Of a DNA stretch of 64,000 bases, positions 49,401-61,400 are shown piece by piece. The translations under genes and the position numbers were made by a program. Numbering within the stretch: the first letter of the stretch is position 1; each line of letters begins with the position of its first letter. The stretch is from NCBI RefSeq assembly GCF_963921235.1, contig NC_086097.1, positions 50,904,001 through 50,968,000 of the forward strand, read 5' to 3'. The notes under the pieces are model-generated. The model did no database searches and had not been told where the DNA came from. It saw only the letters and a list, made by a program, of their open reading frames with translations. Source of the stretch: Mobula hypostoma (taxonomy: Eukaryota).

Positions 49401-52400
49401 CCAGTTGGGGCTATCTTTCATTGATTCTATCATGGATATTGGATTTCTTGAATATGCCCGCAAAAAGGTTAATCTCAGGGTTGTACTTTGACAACAAGTT
49501 TACTTTGAACAATATAGAATTATTAAAATATGCATTTGTTCTACAATTAGTAGTAGAATTTTATCCTTGAGGGCAGAGAAAAAAAATAGGTGAGCTGCTT
49601 TAAATGAAATCAACTAAAATTTACTTACAGTCAGTAGTTTCTCAGCTGTTGGTCTCTTCCTTGGATTTTTTGTCAATGCTATTTTGAGAAAAGAATGGAA
49701 TGTTGCAGTCCTGAAAGTAACATATTAAATTATTAGACATTTTTTGAAACTATAGATACTTTTTGTCACTTCAATTAATGTAACTATCACAGGGTTCTTT
49801 TTATGGCCTTAAACAGTAATTGTGTTAACTGTTCCTTCATAATTAAACTACAGTCAGAACAAATGCAAATACTATTATTTTATTATCTATCTGTAATAAA
49901 CAACTTAGCATAAAATCCATCAAAACTTAAAGATAAATATTTGCACCTTGAGAAAAATATACCTTGTGCCACAAGTGAAACTGGAAAGTTACAACACACA
50001 TCAAAGTTGCTGGTGAACACAGCAGGCCAGGCAGCATCTCTAGGAAGAGGTACAGTCGACGTTTCGGACCGAGACCCTTCGTCAGGACTAACTGAAGGAA
50101 GAGTTAGTAAGAGATTTGAAAGTGGGAGGGGGAGGGGGAGATCCAAAATGATAGGAGAAGACAGGAGGGGGAGGGATGGGGCGGCCCCACTTTCAAATCT
50201 CTTACTAACTCTTCCTTCAGTTAGTCCTGACGAAGGGTCTCGGCCTGAAACGTCGACTGTACCTCTTCCTAGAGATGCTGCCTGGCCTGCTGCGTTCACC
50301 AGCAACTTTGATGTGTGTTGCTTGAATTTCCAGCATCTGCAGAATTCCTGTTGTTTGCCTAAAAAGTTACAAGTTACATTTTTGTATTAGTGCTATTCAA
50401 TACCACTCTCACAACCTTCTAAAAGTCTGGAAGATGAAAACCAATGCTGCTGCTACTTTTAAAATATTAACTTGATGAAACGCATCACTTTAATTTCACC
50501 AGACTTTCTGTTTACTATTACATTAAGTTCCGTACTATATCTTTGGCTTCTCACAATTTCGAGTATGTAAACAAACTTTGAGACAACATTTGTAAAGCGA
50601 TGCACTAACAAAACATTAACAAGGAAATACAGACACGAGGAAATCTGCAGATGCTGGAAATTCAAGCAACACACACAAAAAAATGCTGATGACCACAGCA
50701 GGCCAAGCAGCATCAATAGGAAGAGGTACAGTCGATGTTTCAGGCTGGGACCCTTCGTCAAGACTAACTGAAAGAAGAGATAGTGAGAGATTTGATAGTG
50801 GCAGGGGGAGGGGGAGATCGGAAATGATAGGAGAAGACAGGAGGGGAGGGGTGGATCTAAGAGCTGGAAAGTTGATTGGCAAAAGGGATACCAGGCTGGG
50901 GAAGGAAGAGGATCATGGGACGGGAAGCCTGGGGAGCCCCTTCTCTTTCTCCCCAGGCTTCCCGCCCCATGATCCTCTCCTTTCTCCAGCCTCATATCCC
51001 TTTTGCCAATCAACTGTTCAGCTCTTGGCTCCATCCCTCCCCCTCCTGTCTTCTCCTATCATTCCAGCATTTTTTGTGTGTGTTACAAGGAAATACAGTA
51101 TATTCTGTAAGCTGAACTTAGACAAAGTTGAAAGGAGCTCACAATGCTCAGCAAATTTACCACATCCAATTGTCAGTCAAATGAAATATAATGCTGAACA
51201 ATATACACATGTACGTTACTACAATAAAATTACGGTCATGTTGTATGTATTCTGGTAAACTCCGACTTCAAGCCCTGCATTTATTTAACTATTTAGTGAT
51301 ATAGCACAGAGTAGGTCCTTCCCGCCCTTTGAGCCACACCGCCCTAGAAACACCCAACAATCCGTATTGACCCTAACCTAATCATGGGACAACCTTACAA
51401 TGACCAATTAACCTACTTGGTGTTGGGACGACAGGAGGAAACTGGAAAATCCCCATGCATTCCACGGGGAGGAAGTGCAGAGAGACACCTTACAGAACAG
51501 CACTGGAATGGAACTCCGAACTCTGGAATGCTCTGACCTGTAATAGCTTTCTGCTATCCACTATGCTACCAAGGAATTTTGGTCGTTAAAATAATTAAGA
51601 CTTGGAAGCAGCCACAAGAATAACGCTAAGTATGAATGTTTTAATTTTTGAGTGAAGACTTCCAATCTTAATAAGGTGAAAACAGAGACCAATCTTTTAA
51701 GTAAGATACTACATAAAATAAAACTCCAAGATAAATTGCAAAAGTAGGGCAAATAGAGGCACTAGTCAAAGTAATAAAAGCAAATCTGAACGCAAAACGA
51801 TCCCATATTCAATGATTAGTAAAACTGGATTCCAGATGAGAGTGCAAAACTAAAAATAGGCAACATACACAGGAGAAAATTTGCAGATGCTGGAAATCCA
51901 AGCAACACACACAAAATGCTGGAGGAACTCAGCAGGCCAGCCAGCATCTATGGAAAAGAGTATAGGTGCAGTGTAATTAATTGTTTAACTATATTAAGTA
52001 AAATGAACTAAATGGTAATGTTCCTTCATTTGTATTTATCCTATGAATTTAAGTTTAGAATGTTGTTACAACCGGTACCATTCAAGGTTAATACCCTGCC
52101 CTTATGAGATCAGCTATCTATCCACCCCCTTCCCTTTCCAGGAGGACAATCTCATGTCTCTCACAAATAAATTTCATCTGACATCACTCTATCCAATTCA
52201 ATATCTGACTGTATCATTCTGTATCCTAAATCTACGCTACCCAATATTAACATTATCAAGTTTCATGTCATTTGCAGACTTATTAATCAAACTCCTAAAT
52301 TCATATTTAAGTTGCTAATGCATACAACAAACAATAAGGATTCCAGTACTAATCATTGTGGTATACTGCTAATCATAAAAGCAACTTCAGTTAGGTGAGC

Positions 52401-55400
52401 CCTTATTCCAAGAAGCAATCAAACTTCTCTTTCTAGCCCCCTCCGAGCAGTATATCCTCTCATAAACAAGATGATCTAAACCAGATACAGTATTGCAGAT
52501 GTGGCTTCACCAAAGCTTTATTTAACTATTAATAGAAGCATACTCACCATTTCATTTTATCTTTCAGCTTAGGGGGTTGAAATCCACTCTTAGTCATTAA
52601 AAACAATGCCCTATGGTAGAAGCATAGTCACGATATTAAAATATATAAAGTCAGTAGGTTTGCACTGCATAACATTTAAACGTAAACAAGTCAACTCATT
52701 TAGCACAACAATACTTTAAACCTCTTCCCAATTTAATAATCTCAGAATCAGAATAAGGTTTATTATTACCTGTATTTATTGTGAAATTTGTTAACTTAGC
52801 AGCAGCAGTTCAATGTAATACATAATGTAGAAGAAAAAATAATACAATAATAAATTAGTAAATCAACTTACAGTATACATATATTGAATACATTAAAATC
52901 GTGCAAAAAACAGAAATAATGTACATTAAAAAAGTGAGGTAGTGTTCACTTGGTCAATATCTATTTAGGAAACGGAGAGCAGAGGGGAAGAAGCTGTTCC
53001 TGAATCGCTGAGTGTGTGCCTTCAGGCTCCTGTAACTCCTACTTGATGGTAACAGTGAGAAAAGGGCATGCCCTGGGTGCTGGAGGTCCTTAATAATGGA
53101 CGTTGCCTTTCTGAGACACCACTCCTTGAAGATGTCATGGGTACTTTGCAGGCTAGTACCCAAGATGGAGCCAACTAAGTTTACAAACCTCTGCAACCTC
53201 TTTCAATCCTGTGCAGTAGCCTCCCAAAACAGACAGTGATGCAGCCTTTCAGAATGCTCTCCACGGTACTTTTATAGAATTTTTTGAGTGTATTTGTTGA
53301 CGTACCAAATCTCTTCAAACTCAATGAAGTATAGTCGCTGTCTTGCCTTCTTTATAACTGCATCAGTATGTTGGGACCAGGTTAGGTCCTCAGAGATCTT
53401 GACACCCAGGAACTAGAAACTGCTCACTCTCTCCACTTCTGATCCCTCTATGTGGATTGGTATGTGTTCCTTTGTCTTACCCTTCCTGAAGTCCACAATC
53501 AGCTCTTTCCTCTTACTGATGTTGAGTGCAAGGTTGTTGCTGCGACACCACTCCATTAGTTGGCATATCTCACTCCTGTCTGTCCTCTTGTTTCTGTATG
53601 AGATTCTACCAATAATGATTGTACCACCAGCAAATTTGTAGATGGTATTTGAGCTATGCATAGCCACACAGTCATGGGTATATAGAGAGAATACAGCAGT
53701 GGGCTAAGCTCACACCCCTGAAGTGCAGCAGTGTTGGTTGTCAGCGAGGAGGAGATGTTATCACCAATCCGCACACATTGTGGTCTTCCGGTTAGAAAAT
53801 TGAGGATCCAATTGCAGAGGGAAGTACAGAGGCCCAGGTTCTGTAACTTCTCAATCATTATTGTGGAAATGGTGTTAAATGCTGTGCTGTAGTTGATGAC
53901 GTGGGTGTTTGTATTGTCCAGGTGGTCTAAGCCCATGTGAAGAGCCATTGACATTGCATCTGCCGTTGACCTATTGTGGCAATAGGCAAATTGCAATAGG
54001 TCCAGGTCTTTGCTGAGGCAGGAGTTGAGTCTAGTCATGACTAACCCCTCAAAGCATTTCATCACTGTAGATGTGAGTGCTACCAGGCGATAGTCATTTA
54101 GGCAGCTCACATTATTCTTCTTAGGCACTGATATAATTGTTGCCTTTTTGAAGTGGGAACTTCCATCCGTAGCAGCGAGAGGTTGAAAATGTCCTTGAAT
54201 ACTCCCGCCAGTTGGTAGGCACAAGCTTTGAAAGCCTTACCAGGTACTCCGTCTGGACCTTCCGCCTTGCGAGGGCTCACCCTCTTTAAAGACAGCCTAA
54301 CATCGGCCTCTGAGACAGAGATCACTGGGTCATCAGGTGCAGCAGGGATATTCACAGCCGTAGTTACATTCTCCCTTTCAAAGCGGGCATAGAAAACATC
54401 TAGTAGTGAAGCATTGCTGCCATTCATGCTACTGGGTTTCGCTTTGTAGGATGTAATGTCTTGCAACCCCTGCCAGAGTTGTCGTACATCCGATGTCGCC
54501 TCCAAGCTCATTCAAAATTGTCTCTTCACCCTTGAAATAGCCCTCTGTAAATCATACCTGGTTTTCTGGTACAGGACTAGGTAGCCAGACTTGAATGCCA
54601 CAGATCTAGCCTTCAGCAGACGACGTACCTCCTGGTTCATCCACGGCTTTTGGTTTAGGAATGTACAGTAAGGCTTTGCAGGCACACACTCATCCACACA
54701 GGTTTTAATGAAGTCAGTTACAACTGCATCTGTTAGCCTCTCCCTCTGTACTGCTCTGTTTCCTTATGTGGACATCAAAGATCCATCACATGTGGCAACA
54801 ATATACTTCAAACGCGCATAAAGGTATTCTTCCTAACATCTTGGTCTGACAATTTTACTCTTTTGCTGAAGCAAGATGTAACTAAGAGTTAGATAAGGGA
54901 CATACAATGTGGCTACTGCATTTAGAATTTTGGAAGGCTCAAATAAGACCTCAAATAAGAGATCATTACAGAAAATTAAAGTATGGGGGATTGAGAATTG
55001 GGTTGACAGACAGGAAACAGAGCAGGAACAAATGGGCACAAACATGAGATTCTGCAGATTCTGGAAATCTAGAGCAACACACACAAAATTCTGGAAGAAT
55101 TCAGCAAGTCAGACAGCACCTATGGAGGGAAATAAACTGTTGAAGTGTCAGGCTGAGAGCCTTCATCAGGAATAAAGGGGTCTTTATCAGGGTGGCAGAC
55201 ATGGCGTAGTGAGGTGCTACAGAATAAATATTTTGGTTCCAAGTAGTCACAATATTTATTCATGATTTGGATGAAGGACCTACAAGTAACGTCTTCAGAC
55301 CAGATAAAGCTGCAGAGATTGTGTATGGGTGGGAATGTGAGATACCAGGAGGAAGCAAAATCACGAATGTGTTTTGGCAATTTTGATAAGGGTGCACATG

Positions 55401-58400
55401 AATGGCTGGTGCACTAAGCTATGGACAAAGGCACAGTTATCCTCTGACTCCAAAAAATGATTATCTGAATGGCCATAGATTAAGAAAGAGGGGGATGCAA
55501 CAAGATCTGGGTATCCTTAGACATCAGATTCAAATTTCTTAGCCTTCTTTGTTAGAGATTTGATTATACAAGCCAAGATGTCTTGCTGCAGCTATACTGC
55601 ACCTTGGTGAAACCCCATCCAAAGTTTTATGTGCAACGTCTGGTTACTCAAGAAAGGATGTTCTTGCTATGGAAAAGCTACACAAAAGGTTTACTACACT
55701 AATTACTAGATCTGGTATAGTGTGACTGATACACGAGGAGACATTGGATGAATTAGGTCTATAGTTTGGCTAATTTAAAAGAGTGAGAGGAGAAATCAGA
55801 GAAAGCTATTTTAACATTACGAGGCAGATTAGATGCAGAGAAATTGCTCCCAGTGGCTGGAGAGTCTAGAACCACAGGACACGGAAGATGGCAATTAGAA
55901 CCAAGATCAGGAAAGATTCTTCACTTGAGGTTGGTGAACCTGTGGAATTTTCTTCCAGAGACAGTGGGAGTCAAGTCATTAAGTACATTAAAAAAGGACA
56001 AGGTAGATATAGTTCCTGATATTAAAAGGAACTGAGTGGTATGCAGGAACAGGATACTGAAACAGACAATCAACCTGGATGGCACTAGAAACCCCTTCCC
56101 ATCTGTTCCTGTTCCTTCAACACTCCCCTAATGGTTACTATTATCATCTTCCTTACATCAGATTCCATCAATGATAACTTTTGTGTAAATTATCACCCTC
56201 CAAGCTGCCTCTACCTTCATTGTCCATTCCACCACTCCCTGCTTTCCCAACCTGGCACTTCATGTCTACCTTCACATACTCTTATCTCCGAATATCACCT
56301 CCCCTGCCTGTCTGCCAATCTGTCATCCTTCACCTCTCCTCATTCCATCAATCATCCACTGACCCTGTCTTGACACTCCCCATCTCCTCTTTGTACTAGC
56401 TATCTTCTCTCTCTACTCTTAATTCTAATGCAGTTCCAACCCAAAACATTGACAATTTCTTTTTCTCAGCAGATGCTGCCTGACCTGTTGAGTTCCTCCA
56501 ACACATTACTTATTTATCAAGATTCCAGCATCAGCAGTCTCCTTTGTCTGTTTTTAATGTCTTGATATTTCTTGTTACCATTTTTTATTTTATTACTCAC
56601 TTCGACAACTCCAGTATCAACAGCAGACTCTGAACTCACATTTTCAACATGGCGCATAAAGTCAGGTCTGTACACTGTGAACAACACTACTTCTAATCTG
56701 CCAATCCAGAACATTTCTCACAATTTAGAGATTTTACTTCTGTTTTGTAACCATCATTCAATCCACCTGGTCCCTAACTCCTACAGCTAAACTCATTCTT
56801 TAATTGTAAATTAACTTACATTTAGATATTTCCCTGCAGTGTGGAGATATGGGATGCGCTGGGTGTACACAAGCCTGTCCTTTCACTCCAAATCTGTACT
56901 TGCAACTAGATCCAAGGTGTTGTGACGTACGAGGCAAAGATATTAGATTAATTATTGAAATCAGTTAAATATGTTATGTGAATTGTATTATATCCCCTCA
57001 GTCAGCATTAAAATTATTTTTAATCTTAATTCATTATGTACTCAAAAAAGAAAACAAAACAATTTGATTACTATTTTAACTATTAGCTTTGGTTCAGTGA
57101 TAGCACTCCCTCCCACTTCAGGTGATCAGTAGTTAATTCCCAGTCCAGGCATGAGGTCAATGAGGCATGTTGTCCTGCCAATTGTGTAATCTTTCATATA
57201 AAATATGGACTTTGGACAATTTTTCCCCCATTTTATAGTTGTTATATTCTGTGCTTTCACCTGTTCTTTTCTTCTTTTTTGTGAGGAGAGCAGCGGATTT
57301 GGGGGCTGATGTTTTTTGTTATTATTTTGTGCAGGGAGAGGAGGATTTGGAGGCTGATGTTCTTGTTGTTTATTATGCGAGGGGGTTGGGGGCCAATGTT
57401 CTTGTTGCATTTTGTGCAGGGGAGTGAGGTTTGGGGAGGGAGGGGTTGATAATCATGTCATTTTTTTGTGTGGGTGGGGGGTTCGGTTTGCTGTTTTCTG
57501 AACTGACTTCCATGTTTTTTCTTTGTTTCATGGCTATCTGGAGAAGAAGAATCTCAGTTGTATACTGCAGACATAATTTGATAATAAATGAATCTTTGAA
57601 AACATCCATCAAAAATCCTTTGTTTATCAAAGATGGTTGCAGAATTCTCATGAAATCATTCAAACAGCAAAATTCTCCAAGCATATTGAGTAACATTTAT
57701 CATTCAATCAAAACCAAAAGCAGATTTATATGTACTAACTGCTGGGTCTAATTAACACAAAACTATCCCTAGAAAATTTGAGGTTGAGGTAACAGAGATT
57801 GTAGTACCCTTTATTAAAAAAAATACTAATTACTGTTCCTCAGCGTGTCTGAGTTTCACTGGTAAAGTTTGGGAGGTGTGAGTCAGCAAGTGTTGGCAAA
57901 ATGTAGTTACCAGCAATTAAAAAGACTCAAGAGTGAGGCTTGAACAGAGCAATTACCTAAACTTTGTCTTGTCTCAAACATAATAGAGATCATATTCTTA
58001 GCAGTGAATGCAGATTGCTAAATTGAGTGTGCAAGTATATTCTGTTTCACATATGGAATCTGGATAAAAGAAAGAAAAATGGTGCAAAGACAGTTGTTCA
58101 TTATCTTGCATAGGAAGAGGGAGTTTTGGGGTTGGTTTTCACAAGCTTTGAGGGAAAAATACAAAATGCTTGGGTGATGGCAATGTATAGAGCTAGTAGG
58201 AATGCCTAAACATGATTCATTACATGCAAAGCAAATTGGGTTAGTTGAATGATGAGAGTTAAAGAGATGCTACTGCAATACTGCAATTCCCTTTGGGAGC
58301 AATAAAGTATCTATCTATCTATCTATCTATCTATCTAATGTCTCTACTTTCCTAAAATATCTTGCTATAATTTTTGAATATGAGAAAGCAGGAAAATCAA

Positions 58401-61400
58401 TAACATGAAATATAATTAAACCAGATATAATGTACTTTTATGGAGGATATCTAAACTTATTTGCTACAGAGCATAAATAACATTATTCACATCAATGTGG
58501 CTTTAAATCCTTCAGGCCTTTTCATCACCAAGTGCAAAAGAGAACTTGTCAACTTCACAGATTTAAAAAAAAACATAAAATACCTCATAGGATGCAAATC
58601 AAACATTGGAGGCTGCAGTTCAGCCAGTTCAATAGCTGTGATTCCAACTGCCCAGATGTCACATAGCTGATTGTAGCCACCATTTTTCTCTACTGCAGCA
58701 ACCTCTGGAGCCATCCTATAAACAAATATTCGCTTCAAATTCAATGAAACACACTTCAAAGAGCATAATTAACTTGTAGCTAAATGTCAACTTAGTTAGT
58801 TAGTTTAAAAGATACATGTGCCTGCTGAAATAAAATTGCAAAAGGTATAGATAGCCATTATAAATTAAGAGCTTATAAAATTCATAGAACTCAAAATAGC
58901 AACAAAATAATTCCATGAACTAAGTTACAAATATACTAGTTAATTAGTACATTAGTCATGGTGTTGTTCAGATATCATAGTAGTGAACACAGCAGTAATA
59001 CAAGTTTATAGTAGGTCTGGAATGTACTACTATAACATTGCAGCTCATTTGTACATGCATCTGGCTAATATATTAGCCACAGGCACGTGTGCTCATTAAA
59101 TGCATTTAAAGGCAATAACAAACTAAAATAAAATCTTGGCCCCCAACTATTAAAGTGAAATTAGGTACAGAATGCAATTGTGCAGGAACAGATACGAAAA
59201 GTTGGCTTCTCTCAACCATTCTTCAAATCTTTATTTCTATCACGTGAGTCAGTGAATGAGTGGCAGCTCCTTAGACTGGTTTTCGAATTATTTACTCCAG
59301 GAGGCAACTGCAAGGACTTTATTTACCAGTATGGGGTTCCAATGAAGGACTTCCTCTTGGCAATAGTTGCAGTTATTTTGGCAGCCACACCAAAGTCCGC
59401 TGAAATGTAAAATCAATATATTCACTTACTTTTTTTTGACAAAAGATCAGTATCAATGATTAGCTAAGTCAGTTTATTTAGTACAATGTCAGAATAGTGC
59501 TGATTACTGACAGTATCCACATAGAGAATCAAAAGGATTAAAGGATAGATTCATTTTATCCTATAACCATTTTTAAAGATGATGCCACCCAAAAGGGAAC
59601 CTGTGGCAGTGAAAGGGGCAAGCTGACCAGCAAATCAGATTAATGAATTTTCACAGAAAACAATGCAGAGAATATCCCAGCATCTATAGAGTACTTTGTG
59701 TTTAAAAGTCACACTTAATGATTTTAGAGAAAGAAAAAGTTGAGATAACTTACGATAAAGTAAAAATGTATAAATGACAAAGCTATTTGCAAGTGTTGCA
59801 GGAGGATGAGAGTTCACAATTATAAAATTTAATTTTTCCCTAGCCAATTTATAAAAATGTTCCCAAAACATTCTGGAATCAGTGAGAATAAATTGTTCAA
59901 TACTGTTTGAGAACTAGGTTAAACAAATACAAGCTAAACATTTTAGTGAGAATAATGGTCACATGGTTGAAGTTTTAAAAAGATAATGATTCTCTGTTAC
60001 AACAATGACAAGAAACTTACGGAAAAACAGCATTCACTAACAGCAAATTATGGAATGAAATAATTAAATACTTAACATTTTTACGTAGATTTGTTAATTT
60101 TATATGATTGTTTCTAAGCTGTTACTATTCCATGAGACCCTGGAATATTTTGGGCACCACACAATGATTCTACCATTTTACAAGACTGGCAATTTATTGG
60201 GCAAACTAAAGGAGAATTTTGGATGAATTAAGTCAAATTTTATTTAAACAAGATAGATTTCAATAATTCTGGTTAGATTTGGATTACACATTCTAATTGG
60301 ATTAGTTCTAGTTATTCATAAAAACTAGAGGTCTTACTGAATTAGGGGGAAAAAACAGCAGTAGATGATGCACTTTCCTTCCATTCTTTTGGAAAGTTGT
60401 GACTAAGCATTCTTGCATTGCTGGCATCAGGAGTTCCAAGTGCAGCTGTTTACTCATTCGAAGAACGTGGATTTCTCCTGTAATACCGCATTTAGTATCC
60501 ATTCCTAATTGCCTCTCAACTAAGCAAGCAGTTGCCTGAAAGAAGGCTTCCTGTTTATGTTTTTAAAATCATTGGAAAAGGGACAAGGAAACCACAAAGG
60601 CAAAAGAGAACTAATATGTACAGCAGAGTTTATCAAGTTGGAAATACTTTGAATTTTTACAATGAAACTAACATAGCATTGAGAAACACATGCAGTTATG
60701 CACAAATCCAATATTACCAGCCCAACTGATAATAAGAAACATTACAATCAATCCTATTTCTTTTAATCAATGATTACACTTTCCTGGGATCATACTGGAG
60801 TTTTGCCTTTCCCAACTTGACCACTAATAAGCAACCTGGGAGATCACCCATGTGAGATCTGCTAATTCAGCAGAGGTGTAAGACCAAACAAGAGATTCAC
60901 AGCAGCATAGCAGAAAGCTACTTGGGCAAGAACACAAAATTCAAAACAGCGTTCAGTAAATATGTACATAGTTATAATTACGATCCAAAACCAATGTATT
61001 AATTTAAAAATAACATATATTGAAGGTATTCTGTTTCAAAGGTTTTATAAAGTTCCATGTTGCCATCCTTTAAAATATACTTCAGCACCTTCTACTAAAG
61101 ACACTCCATCTATCAATTGATCCTCAAATGATTTTGATCATACCACCTTGTAGCCTCAAACATCCAACATATACATTACTCAAAATGCACCTTTATTGTA
61201 CTTTGCACTTGGTCAAGTATACATTTCCATAAATTTTCTGCAATGCAAAATTATTTTCTGATATTTTGTCACTAACTGCTTGATAAATGGCTGTTATTGT
61301 CTCAAATGATACTGATAACTAATTAACAATTCTCAAGAAAAGTCAATTGTGCATTTCGTAGTGGGTCTGAACCTGCATACTGATGTTATGTACTGACTTG

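Larger units (their letters stand above)
49992..50360. mobile_element. Penelope-derived short element in inverted (palindromic) arrangement, hammerhead-like motif in each arm
   Basis: 135-bp arms 49992-50126 and 50186-50320 with 3 mismatches; flanking direct repeat AAAGTTACAA; CTGACGA..GAAACGTC core. Confidence 0.75.

Noticed and set aside
49883..51258. 140-191 aa ORFs on both strands
   Set aside because: By-products of GC-rich inverted repeats; they mirror each other and show no domain signature.
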